In this document: positions 19,019 through 27,785 of the stretch, piece after piece
How the letters are laid out: every line of letters begins with the position of its first letter
Position numbering within the stretch: the stretch's first letter is position 1
DNA from: an uncultured Acidobacteriota bacterium
Lineage (GTDB): Bacteria; Acidobacteriota; Thermoanaerobaculia; Multivoradales; UBA5704
Direction: 5' to 3'
NCBI GenBank assembly: GCA_963700145.1
Contig: OY969474.1
Span: forward strand, 2,816,001-2,880,000
Length of the DNA stretch: 64,000 nt
Program-made: the position numbers and the translations under genes
The notes under the pieces: model-generated
Database searches by the model: none
Told to the model about the DNA's origin: nothing
What the model saw: only the letters and a program-made list of their open reading frames with translations

Positions 19019-19788
19019 CCGTCGTCCCTCCCGTCGTCGGGGTGGTCGTGCTCCTCGGCAGGCTTCGGCTCCGGCCCCTGCGGCGCCCGGCCGGCGTCGC
19101 GTTGCCGGTAGGTGGCGGTGCCGTGACCGTGGCCGCCGGCCATCTCGCCGGCGAGCGCGGCCGCGCGCGCGGCTTCCGCGACCGCGGTCGCCGCCGGCGC
19201 GTCTACCGGGCCGGGCGCGAGCGTCGCCGCCGGCTGCCCCGGCTCGGCCGCGACGGCGGCCTCGACGAACGGCACCGCGCCCGCGTGCTCGCCGGCCGCG
19301 GCCGGCGCCGCCGGCTTCGCGTGCGTCGCGTGGCCGCCTGCTTGGGGCGCCGCCGCCGCCTCATGACCGGCATGGGAATCCGCCGGCGCCCCTGGGGGCG
19401 GGCTCGCGCCGTGCCCCGGGTGGCCGCCGCCGCGAGGCGCGGATGCCATCTGATGACCGGCGTGGGGGCCGGCCGCCGGCCCTGGTGCCCGGCGGCCGTG
19501 TCCTGCGTGTCCCTCTGGCTGAGCCGCCGCCGGCGCGGCGTGGCCCTCGTGCTCCTCGGCAACCCCGTGCGCATGAGCGCCGCCCGGCTCCTCGCCGGGC
19601 CCTCCGGGGGCGACCGCTCCGTGGCCGTGCGCGTGGCTGTCGCCGCCGAGCGGCTCGCCGCGCTCCTGCGCTTCGCGAAAGGCCGCGGCGCTGCGGCTGG
19701 CGGCGGTGTCGTCGCCGCCGCAACCGGAAAGGGCGAGCGCGAGCGCGGCCGCCGCCACCGCGCAGGCGAGAAGTGTCCTGGTTCTCAT
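19015..19788 (-). CDS. His/Ala/Gly-rich lipoprotein, putative metal buffer
   Basis: GGAGG RBS; LSGC lipobox; repeated HAGH/HAHG motifs; stop overlaps the TolC ATG. Confidence 0.75.
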   Translation of the reverse strand: MRTRTLLACAVAAAALALALSGCGGDDTAASRSAAAFREAQERGEPLGGDSHAHGHGAVAPGGPGEEPGGAHAHGVAEEHEGHAAPAAAQPEGHAGHGRRAPGPAAGPHAGHQMASAPRGGGHPGHGASPPPGAPADSHAGHEAAAAPQAGGHATHAKPAAPAAAGEHAGAVPFVEAAVAAEPGQPAATLAPGPVDAPAATAVAEAARAAALAGEMAGGHGHGTATYRQRDAGRAPQGPEPKPAEEHDHPDDGRDDG

Positions 19789-19888
19789 CTGCCGTACCTC
19801 CGTGCCGCAACTCTCGGCAGCGCCGACGCGCCGCCGCCGCGGCGATCCGCCGCGGAGATGGAGACCTCAGTCGTGGAGCTGCGGGAAG

Positions 19889-20263
19889 CTAGGCGAGAGG
19901 GACGTGGTCGAGACCGTGAGGCAGGGGCGCAAGGAGGTGCTCGCTGTCGGGCATGCGCGCTTCGGCGGCGAGCTCGACCGCCGCGAGATGCGCCGCGAAC
20001 GCGAGCACCGCCGCGCCCTGGCAGGCGTGCTCGCAGAGGGCGTCGCTGCCGTCTGCGCAGCAGTCGTCCTGCGGCGCGGCGTCGCGGCTGGCGAGCGCCG
20101 GGCCGCCGGCTGCATGCTCCTCGTGGCACGGCGCCTCCGTTTCGGGAGGAGCCGCCTGCGCCCGGCACGGATAAGGACCCGCGAGCAGGATCAGCCCGGA
20201 GAGGGCGAGGAGGGCGAGGGCGGTGAGACGGTGCGTCATCGCGACGAAGGCGGCCGCGGCCAC
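19889..20263 (-). CDS. Exported Cys/His leader protein (CopL/DUF2946-like) upstream of the cop operon
   Basis: Hydrophobic N-terminus; PCHEEH, DDCC, CEHAC; ends LDHVPLA; extended -10 TGcTAAGCT 7 nt before the GTG. Confidence 0.7.
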   Translation of the reverse strand: MAAAAFVAMTHRLTALALLALSGLILLAGPYPCRAQAAPPETEAPCHEEHAAGGPALASRDAAPQDDCCADGSDALCEHACQGAAVLAFAAHLAAVELAAEARMPDSEHLLAPLPHGLDHVPLA

Positions 20264-20291
20264 CGGGTGAAGCTTAGCACCTCGCGGGAAA

Positions 20292-20336
20292 CGGCCCGGC
20301 CCTCGAGCGAGGCGCTTCGGGGAGGCGCCGGGGCCG
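20292..20336 (-). terminator. Hairpin downstream of the Cys-rich peptide gene
   Basis: CGGCCCGGC...GCCGGGCCG inverted repeat followed by TTT on the minus strand. Confidence 0.4.
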
Positions 20337-20350
20337 CTCCGCTCTTCAGC

Positions 20351-20668
20351 CTAGGTCTGGGAGCAGACGCACCGCCGGCAGCAGGAGTTGACCTGGACGC
20401 ACTGGCCCGGGCCGCCGCAGATCGCGGTGCACTGGGCGTCGCTCGAGCAGCGGTTGCCGCAGCAGGCCATCTCCAGCCAATCCGGGGTGGTGTCGCGCAC
20501 CGCCGGCGTGGCGGTCTCGCCGCAGGTCGGCCCCGCGGCAGGGGTGGACAGCACTTCGGCGACGACAAGGTCCGCGGCCGGCGCGGGAAGCGGTGCCTCC
20601 CCGGCGGCGGCCGCCCCGGTACAGAGGGCGAAGGCGAGGACGAGGCAGGTCAGAGTGGGCTTGATCAT
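20351..20668 (-). CDS. Secreted Cys-rich defensin-like prepropeptide
   Basis: AGGAGG RBS; signal peptide; Pro/acidic spacer; C-terminal CCGNRCSSDAQCTAICGGPGQCVQVNSCCRRCVC with 10 Cys. Confidence 0.75.
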   Translation of the reverse strand: MIKPTLTCLVLAFALCTGAAAAGEAPLPAPAADLVVAEVLSTPAAGPTCGETATPAVRDTTPDWLEMACCGNRCSSDAQCTAICGGPGQCVQVNSCCRRCVCSQT

Positions 20669-20801
20669 CGCGTGCCTCCTTTCACCCTTTGGGGTGTTCC
20701 AGCGGTCCCCGTCTGGGACAGGCGCAGGCTTCACCCACTGCACGGCCGCGTTCTCTGTGCTCGGTTTGACCGGTCATTCAGGCGTGGGACACAATCCGGC
20801 T

Positions 20802-21167
20802 GTGCTCGTCTGCCGTCGCCTCGCCGCCGCTCTTCTCCTCGTCGCCGTCACCTCTGCGCCCGGGCTGCTCCAGCTCGGAGCGGCCGTGTGGGATGGTCAC
20901 AGCCATCCCGAGACGCTCGCCGAGGCGCTGGTGCACGGGCACGACCATCCCGAAGGCACGCCGCCGCACGCCCACGACCTCACTCCCGCGCCCTCCGCTC
21001 GGCAGGATCCGCCGCGCAGCGTCCAGTCCCCCGCCTTCTCGCCGCTCCGGCCCGGCCCCCCGGCGCAGCTCGCGCTCGCGACGGCGCCCCTCCGCGGGCG
21101 CCCGCCTGCCGGCCCGTCCGGCTGCGGCCCGCCGCGGCTCGCGCTGCTCTGCAGTCTGCTGATCTGA
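20802..21167 (+). CDS. Exported His-rich leader protein upstream of the czcCBA-like operon
   Basis: TTGACC (20766) and CACAAT (20790) then GTG 6 nt later; signal-like N-terminus; HSHP...HGHDH...PHAH; ends GPPRLALLCSLLI. Confidence 0.7.
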   Translation: MLVCRRLAAALLLVAVTSAPGLLQLGAAVWDGHSHPETLAEALVHGHDHPEGTPPHAHDLTPAPSARQDPPRSVQSPAFSPLRPGPPAQLALATAPLRGRPPAGPSGCGPPRLALLCSLLI

Positions 21168-21260
21168 ACCCCGCCTCCTAGCGCCGGCGCTCGCCCGGCC
21201 CCTTGCGGTGCCCTCTCGCGGCGCCGCGCACCCTGTTTGTTCCGCGCGAACGGAGTCGCC

Positions 21261-22490
21261 ATGTCCAGAACCTGGTTTGCCTTGCTGCTTCTGCTCGCTG
21301 TCGCGCCGGCCGGCGCGCAGGAGGAGGCGGTCCTCACCGAGGCGGAGCTCCTCGCCGCGGTGGGCGAGGACCACCCGGCCGCCGCCGCGCTCCTGGCGGA
21401 GCGCGAGGTGGCCGCCGCCGAGGTGGTGCGCGCCGCGCTGCTGCCCAACCCGGCCGTCGAGGTCACCCGCGAGGAGCCGGACCCGAGCGCGCGCGAGACG
21501 GCCGCCGTCGCCACCTGGACGCCGCCGTTCGGCGGGCGCCGCGCCCTGCGCCGCGAGGCGGCGGAGCGCGGGCTCGCGGCCGCCGAGGGGCGCCTCGCTG
21601 CGGGCCGGCTGCGGCTGCGGCTGGCGCTGCGCGCCGCCTACGCCGGCTGGGCGCTCGCCGCCGAGCGCCGGGACCTCGCGGCGGCGCACCTCGCCCGCGT
21701 CGGCGAGCTGGCGCGGCGGGCCCGCGCCCGCGCCGAGGCGGGGGAGATCCCCGGCCTGGCCGCCCGGCGCCTGACGCTCGAAGAGGGGCAGGCGCGCGCC
21801 GACCTCGCCCTCGCCGAGGCGGAGCTGGCCGGCCGGCGGGCGGAGGTGGCGGCTTGGCTGCCCGCGCTGTCCGCCGGCGCCCGCCCCGCCTCGCCAACCC
21901 TGCCGGCCGCCGCCGAGATCGCCCCGGCGGCCGCCCTCGCGGCGCGGGCGGACCTCCTCGCCCGCGAGCGGGAGGTCGAGCGCGCCGAGGCCTTGCGGCG
22001 GCTCGCCGGCCGCGTCGTCGATCCCCCGGCGCTCGGCCTCGGCTGGAAGCGGGTGGAGCAGGAGGGGGACGCCCACGCCGGGCCGGTCGCCTCGGTCGGC
22101 TGGACGGTGCCGCTCTTCGACCGCCGCCAGGCCGACCGCCGCGAGGCCGAGGCCCGCCTCGCCGGCGCCCGCGCCGAGCTGTCTCTGGCCCGCGCCCGCG
22201 CCGAGGCCGAGCTGGCCGGCGCGCTCGCCGCCTACGAGCGCCTGAGCCGCGAAGCCGGGGCGGCCGAAGCGGCCGCCGCCGAGACCGACGCGGTGCTGGC
22301 CGGCGCATCCGCCGCGTTCGAGCTCGGCGAGGCCGACCTGACCGACTTCCTCGACAGCCTGCGCGCGGCCCTCGCGTCGCGCACGACTTCACTCGCGTTG
22401 CGCGAGGCGGCGCTCGCCGCCGAGCGCGCCCTCGAGGCCGCCGCCGGCCGCCCCGTCGGATCGACTCCCGCACCTGGAGAGCTGCCATGA
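21261..22490 (+). CDS. TolC-family outer membrane factor (CzcC-like)
   Basis: Signal peptide; LPNP, VPLFDRRQ, AFELGEADL motifs; first gene of the RND operon. Confidence 0.88.
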   Translation: MSRTWFALLLLLAVAPAGAQEEAVLTEAELLAAVGEDHPAAAALLAEREVAAAEVVRAALLPNPAVEVTREEPDPSARETAAVATWTPPFGGRRALRREAAERGLAAAEGRLAAGRLRLRLALRAAYAGWALAAERRDLAAAHLARVGELARRARARAEAGEIPGLAARRLTLEEGQARADLALAEAELAGRRAEVAAWLPALSAGARPASPTLPAAAEIAPAAALAARADLLAREREVERAEALRRLAGRVVDPPALGLGWKRVEQEGDAHAGPVASVGWTVPLFDRRQADRREAEARLAGARAELSLARARAEAELAGALAAYERLSREAGAAEAAAAETDAVLAGASAAFELGEADLTDFLDSLRAALASRTTSLALREAALAAERALEAAAGRPVGSTPAPGELP

Positions 22491-24055
22491 CCCGTGCCGC
22501 GACGCCGCTCCTTCCCCTTGCCGTCCTGGCGCTCGCCCTTCTGCCGGCTTGCCGCGACGCCGGCCCTGAGGGCGACGAGCACGCCGGCGAGGCCGAGCCC
22601 TGGTCCGTCACCGCCTGGAGCGAGCACTACGAGCTGTTCGCCGAGACCGACCCCCTGATCGCCGGCCGCGAGGCCCCGTCGCACGCCCACTTCACCGTGC
22701 TGGAGGACTTCTCGGCGCTCGACCGCGGCGCCGTCACCGGCATCCTGCGCGGCGCCGGCCGGGAGGAGACGTTCCACGCGCCCTCGCCGCTCCGCCCCGG
22801 CATCTTCCGCGTCGTCTTCCGCCCGGCGCGCGAGGGCACCTTCGACCTTGTCTTCCGCGTCGAGGAGCCGGGCCGCCGCGAAGAGATCGCCGCCGGCCGC
22901 GTGCGGGTCGGGACGGCGGAGTCGCCGGGCGGGCTGGTCGCACCGCCGCCCGGGACGCCGGCCGCCGCGGCCGCTGCCGGCGAGCCGATCGGGTTCTTGA
23001 AGGAGCAGCAGTGGCGCACGGAGTTCGCCACTGCCTGGGCCGGGACCGGCACTCTGCGGCGGACGCTGCGGGCGCCCGCCACCGTGCGGCCGGCGGCCGG
23101 CGGCGAGGTGACGCTCACCGCGCCGACCGACGGTGTCGTCAGCTCGGCGCGGTGGCCGCACGTCGGCCTCGACGCGGCGCGCGGAACGCCGCTCTTCTCG
23201 ATCGCGCCGCGCGTTCAGAGCGACCGCAGCCTCTCGGAGCTCGGCGCCGACGTGACGGCGCTCGAGGCGGAGCTGGGCGCGGCACGGGCGCGCCTCGCGC
23301 GCCTGCGGGAGCTGATCGCGGTCGAGGCGGCGAGCCGCCGCGAGGTCGAGGAGGCGGAGGCGGCGGTGCGCTCGCTCGCGGCGCACCTCGAGGGGGCCCG
23401 CCGCGGCCGCGCGGCGGTGGGCGCGGTGCGGCGGGGCGGCGCCAGCCCGGAGAGCTTCCGCATCGCCGCGCCCATTGCCGGCCGGGTGGCGGAGGTGGCG
23501 GTGAGCCCAGGACAGTTCGTAGAGGCCGGGGCGCCGCTCGCGCGTCTGGTCCAGACCTCGCCGGTCTGGCTGGAGCTAGCCCTCCAGCCGGCCCAGGCGG
23601 CGCTCCTCACCGCCGCGCCGGCGGGCCTCTACGTCCGCCGCTGGGCGGAGGAGGAGCCGTTCCCGGTCCCCGGCAGCGAGCTGCGGCTCGTGGCGCGCGC
23701 CCCGGAGGTGGACGCCGGGACCGGCATGGTGCCGCTGGTCCTCGAGGTCCGCCGCGGCGTCGACGTGCTGCGCCTCGGCAGCCGGGTCGAGGCCGAGCTG
23801 CTGCTGCCGGAGGAGCTCCGCGGCGTCGTCGTGCCGGCTTCGGCGCTGGTGGACGACGACGGGGTCGAGGTCGTCTACGTCCAGCTCGAGGGCGAGAGCT
23901 TCGACCGGCGCGAGGTGCGGATCGAGGCCCGCCAGGGCCCGCACGTCCTGGTGCGGGGGGTCGCCCCCGGCGAGCGCATCGTGACCCGCGGCGGCAATGC
24001 CATCCGCCGCAGCTCCCTCCTCGGCGCCGGTGCCGTCGAAGGCCACGTCCACTGA
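22487..24055 (+). CDS. RND periplasmic adaptor lipoprotein (CzcB-like)
   Basis: LPAC lipobox; IAAPIAGRV; VVPASAL; ends GHVH. Confidence 0.9.
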   Translation: MTRAATPLLPLAVLALALLPACRDAGPEGDEHAGEAEPWSVTAWSEHYELFAETDPLIAGREAPSHAHFTVLEDFSALDRGAVTGILRGAGREETFHAPSPLRPGIFRVVFRPAREGTFDLVFRVEEPGRREEIAAGRVRVGTAESPGGLVAPPPGTPAAAAAAGEPIGFLKEQQWRTEFATAWAGTGTLRRTLRAPATVRPAAGGEVTLTAPTDGVVSSARWPHVGLDAARGTPLFSIAPRVQSDRSLSELGADVTALEAELGAARARLARLRELIAVEAASRREVEEAEAAVRSLAAHLEGARRGRAAVGAVRRGGASPESFRIAAPIAGRVAEVAVSPGQFVEAGAPLARLVQTSPVWLELALQPAQAALLTAAPAGLYVRRWAEEEPFPVPGSELRLVARAPEVDAGTGMVPLVLEVRRGVDVLRLGSRVEAELLLPEELRGVVVPASALVDDDGVEVVYVQLEGESFDRREVRIEARQGPHVLVRGVAPGERIVTRGGNAIRRSSLLGAGAVEGHVH

Positions 24056-24076
24056 TCGCCGCCGAGGAGACCCGCC

Positions 24077-27000
24077 ATGCTCGACGCCGTCATCCGCTTT
24101 TCGCTCCGCTACCGCGGCCTGATCCTGCTCGCGACCGGGCTCCTTCTGATCATCGGCTCGCTCTACGTCGTCCGCCTGCCGCTCGACATCTTCCCCGACG
24201 TCAGCGCCCCCACCGTCACCGTCGTCGCCGAGGCCCGCGGCATGGCGCCGGAGGAGGTGGAGCTGCTGGTGACCTTCCCGATCGAGTCGGTGCTCAACGG
24301 CGCCCCCGGCGTGCGCCGGGTGCGGTCGGTGTCGGCCGCCGGCATCGCGGTCGTCTGGGTGGAGTTCGGCTGGGGCGAGGACGTCTACCGCGCCCGCCAG
24401 GTGGTCTCCGAGCGCCTGCAGGGGGCGCAGCTGCCGGCGAGCGTCGATCCGCCGCAGCTCGGCCCGATCAGCTCGGTCATGGGCGAGATCACCTTCATCG
24501 CCATCACCGCGAAGACGATCTCGCCGATGGAGCTGCGCCTGCTCGCCGAGAGGGTGGTGCGGCGGACGCTGCTGTCGGTTCCGGGGATCTCGCAGGTCGT
24601 GCCGATCGGCGGCGACGTGCGCGAGTACCAGGTCGAGGCCGACCCCGTCGCCCTCGCCCAGCGCGGGATCACCGTCGACGACCTCACCGACGCCCTGGAG
24701 CGGTCGAGCCGCAGCGCCGCGGCCGGCTTCCACGTCGACCGCGGGCAGGAGTATCTCGTGCGCGGCCTCGGGCGCGCCCGCGGCGCCGCGGACCTGGCGG
24801 CGACCGTGCTGCGGGTCGACGGCGGCGTGCCGGTCAGGGTGGGGGACGTGGCCGCCGTGCGCGAGGGGGCCGAGGCCAAGCGCGGGACCGCTTCCTACAA
24901 GACCCGGCCGGCGGTCATCCTCTCCGTCCAGAAGCAGCCGGACGCCAACACCCTCTCGCTCACCCGCGAGATCGACCGCCTCCTCGCCGGCCTCGCCCGC
25001 TCGCTCCCGCCGGGAGTGACCATCGAGACCGAGAACTTCCGCCAGGCCGACTTCATCGAGGTGGCGATCGCCAACGTCGTGGCGGCGCTACGCGACGGCG
25101 CCCTCCTGGTCGTCGTAGTGCTCTTCCTCTTCCTCGGCAACCTGCGGACGACGCTGATCACGGCGCTTGCCATCCCGCTCTCGCTGGTCGCCGGCGTGCT
25201 CGTCATCTCGCTCTTCGGCCAGGGCCTCAACACGATGACGCTGGGCGGCTTGACGATCGCCATCGGCGCCCTGGTCGACGACGCGATCATCAACGTCGAG
25301 AACGTCTTCCGCCGCCTCAAGCAGGAGCGGACGCGCCCCGAGGCCGACCGGCGCCCGCCCTTCGAGACGGTCTTCCGTGCCTCCTCCGAGGTGCGGGGAC
25401 CGATCCTCTTCGCGACGCTGATCATCGTCCTGGTCTTCCTGCCGCTCTTCGTGCTCCCCGGCATGGAGGGGCGGCTGCTGCGCCCGCTCGGCTTCGCCTA
25501 CGTCGCGGCGCTCGCCGCCTCGCTCGTCGTCTCGCTCACCGTGACGCCGGTCCTCTGCTATCTCCTGCTGCCGCGCTCGAAGGTCCTCGACCGGCCCGAG
25601 CCCTGGCTGCTGCGGGCCTTCCACCGCGCCTACCGGCCCGCCCTCGCGTGGTCGCTGGCGAACCGCGGCAAGGTCGTCGCGACGACCGTCCTGGCCACGG
25701 CCGCGGCCGGCGCCGTCCTCTTCTTCGTCGGCCGCAGCTTCCTGCCGCCGTTCAACGAAGGGGCCCTCACCATCTCCGTCGTCAGCCCGCCCGGCATCAC
25801 CCTGGAGGAGAGCGACGCGCTCGGGCGGCAGGTCGAGGCGAGCCTCCTCGCCTTTCCCGAGGTCGTCTCGACCAGCCGGCGCACCGGCAGGGCCGAGAAG
25901 GACGAGCACGTTCAGGGGGTCAACGCCTCCGAGATGGAGGTGGTGCTGCGCGAGGGGCGCGAGAAGGACGAGCTGCTCGCCGAGATGCGCCAGGCGGTGT
26001 CCACGATCCCCGGCGCCCAGGTGACGTTCGGACAGCCGATCAGCCACCGCATCGACCACATGATCTCCGGCAGCAAGACCAACCTGGCGGTCAAGATCTT
26101 CGGCCCCGACCTGGCGGTCCTGCGCGGCCTGGCGGCACGGGCGCAGTCGCTCCTCTCCGGGGTCCCGGGGTTGGTGGACGTCTCCAACACCGAGCAGGCC
26201 AGCGTGCCGCAGCTCGTCGTCGACTTCGACCGCCGCGCCCTGCCGCTCCACGGCCTCACGCCGGCCGGCCTCTCGCGCTCGGTCGAGGCGCTCTTCCAGG
26301 GCACCGAGGCCGGCGAGATCGTCGAGGGGGGCGTCGTCTCGCGCGTCGTCGTCCGCCTGCCCGAGCGCCTGCGCGCCGCGCGCGAGGAGCTCGCCGCGCT
26401 GCCGGTGCCGACCCCGTCCGGCCACACCGTGCCGCTGGGCGAGGTGGCGCGCGTGCGCTTCGACTTGGGGCCCGGCCTGGTGCGGCGGGAGAACGTCGAG
26501 CGCGTGGCGATGGTCACGGCCAACATCGCCGGCGCCGACCTCACCGGGACGGTCGAGCGGGTCCGCCGCCGGCTGGACGCCGGGCTCGAGCTGCCGGCCG
26601 GCTACCGCATCGCCTACGGCGGGCAGTTCGAGGAGGCGGCGCGCAGCCTGCGTAACCTGACGACGCTGTCGGGGCTGGTGCTGCTCGGCATGTACGCCAT
26701 CCTCTTCTTCGCCTTCCGCAACCACCGCCACGCGCTGATCGTGCTCGTCAACCTGCCGCTGGCGCTGGTCGGCGGCGTCTTCGCGGTCGCCTTGGGCGGC
26801 GGCGTCCTGTCGGTCGCCTCGCTGGTCGGCTTCATCACCCTCTTCGGCATCGCCACGCGCAACGGCGTGCTGCTCGTCTCGCACTACCAGCACCTGATGG
26901 CCGAGGAGGGGCTGGGGCTCCAGGAGGCGGTGGTCCAGGGCTCGCGCGAGCGGCTCGCGCCGGTGCTGATGACGGCGCTGACCGCCGGGCTCGCCCTGAT

Positions 27001-27166
27001 CCCCCTGGTCCTCGCCGGCGGCAAGCCCGGCAACGAGATCCAGAGCCCGATGGCGCAGGTGATCCTGGGGGGCCTGCTGACCTCGACCTTCCTCAACCTC
27101 GTCCTCGTGCCGGTGCTCTTCGCGCGCTGGGGAGGGGTTCGGGCGCCGGTGGGCGAGCGGGCGTGA
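24077..27166 (+). CDS. Heavy-metal efflux RND permease (CzcA/CusA family)
   Basis: 1029 aa; PLDIFPD, GALVDDAIINVEN, FLPPFNEG, RLAPVLMTA. Confidence 0.95.
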   Translation: MLDAVIRFSLRYRGLILLATGLLLIIGSLYVVRLPLDIFPDVSAPTVTVVAEARGMAPEEVELLVTFPIESVLNGAPGVRRVRSVSAAGIAVVWVEFGWGEDVYRARQVVSERLQGAQLPASVDPPQLGPISSVMGEITFIAITAKTISPMELRLLAERVVRRTLLSVPGISQVVPIGGDVREYQVEADPVALAQRGITVDDLTDALERSSRSAAAGFHVDRGQEYLVRGLGRARGAADLAATVLRVDGGVPVRVGDVAAVREGAEAKRGTASYKTRPAVILSVQKQPDANTLSLTREIDRLLAGLARSLPPGVTIETENFRQADFIEVAIANVVAALRDGALLVVVVLFLFLGNLRTTLITALAIPLSLVAGVLVISLFGQGLNTMTLGGLTIAIGALVDDAIINVENVFRRLKQERTRPEADRRPPFETVFRASSEVRGPILFATLIIVLVFLPLFVLPGMEGRLLRPLGFAYVAALAASLVVSLTVTPVLCYLLLPRSKVLDRPEPWLLRAFHRAYRPALAWSLANRGKVVATTVLATAAAGAVLFFVGRSFLPPFNEGALTISVVSPPGITLEESDALGRQVEASLLAFPEVVSTSRRTGRAEKDEHVQGVNASEMEVVLREGREKDELLAEMRQAVSTIPGAQVTFGQPISHRIDHMISGSKTNLAVKIFGPDLAVLRGLAARAQSLLSGVPGLVDVSNTEQASVPQLVVDFDRRALPLHGLTPAGLSRSVEALFQGTEAGEIVEGGVVSRVVVRLPERLRAAREELAALPVPTPSGHTVPLGEVARVRFDLGPGLVRRENVERVAMVTANIAGADLTGTVERVRRRLDAGLELPAGYRIAYGGQFEEAARSLRNLTTLSGLVLLGMYAILFFAFRNHRHALIVLVNLPLALVGGVFAVALGGGVLSVASLVGFITLFGIATRNGVLLVSHYQHLMAEEGLGLQEAVVQGSRERLAPVLMTALTAGLALIPLVLAGGKPGNEIQSPMAQVILGGLLTSTFLNLVLVPVLFARWGGVRAPVGERA

Positions 27167-27396
27167 GGCGGCGGTTCGCTCCGGCGCTGCGCTTCCCGGC
27201 GCTCACCCGGTTCTACGACACGCTCGCGGAGCGCTTCTTCCGCGACGCGGAGCGGAAGCGGCGTCTGGTCGCCCTCGGCCCGCCGCGCGCGGGCGAGGTC
27301 GTGCTGGACGTCGGCGGCGGCGCCGAGCTGCGTGTCGAACGCACGCCGTTCGGCATTCTCGTCTACCACTGCGCGCGCCGCGGCCGAGCGGCGTAG
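27163..27396 (+). pseudogene. Internally deleted class I SAM methyltransferase remnant
   Basis: LTRFYD...VVLDVGGG motif I, then only about 25 residues before the stop. Confidence 0.55.
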
Positions 27397-27435
27397 ACTT
27401 CAGAGAAGAACCATCTGACACGAGGGGGATATCCG

Positions 27436-27780
27436 ATGTTCTACCGCTCTCGCCGAATCGTGCTGACCCTCGCCCTGGCTCTGTTCGCCGTCCTTCCGGT
27501 CCTGGCGGGCGGTGAAAACGGCCAGCCCACCACCACCGCGGCCGCCGCGGCCGTCGAGCACGTGACGGTCGTGTCGGGCACTTTCAACGTCGGCATGGGG
27601 GACACGTTCGACGCGGCGAAGGGGATGACGCTGCCGACAGGCACCTTCGCCTTCCTGGCGCCCGGCATGCACCACTACGCCTGGGCGAGCGGCGACACCG
27701 TCATCCAGCTCCACGGCGTCGGACCCTGGCAGATCAACTACGTGAACCCGGCCGACGACCCACGGAAGAAGACCCAGTAG
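27436..27780 (+). CDS. Exported cupin (DUF4437-like), apparently shortened
   Basis: EHVTVVSGTF...GMHHYAW...IQLHGVGPWQINYVNPADDPR; first cupin His motif is not visible. Confidence 0.65.
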   Translation: MFYRSRRIVLTLALALFAVLPVLAGGENGQPTTTAAAAAVEHVTVVSGTFNVGMGDTFDAAKGMTLPTGTFAFLAPGMHHYAWASGDTVIQLHGVGPWQINYVNPADDPRKKTQ

Positions 27781-27785
27781 CACTG

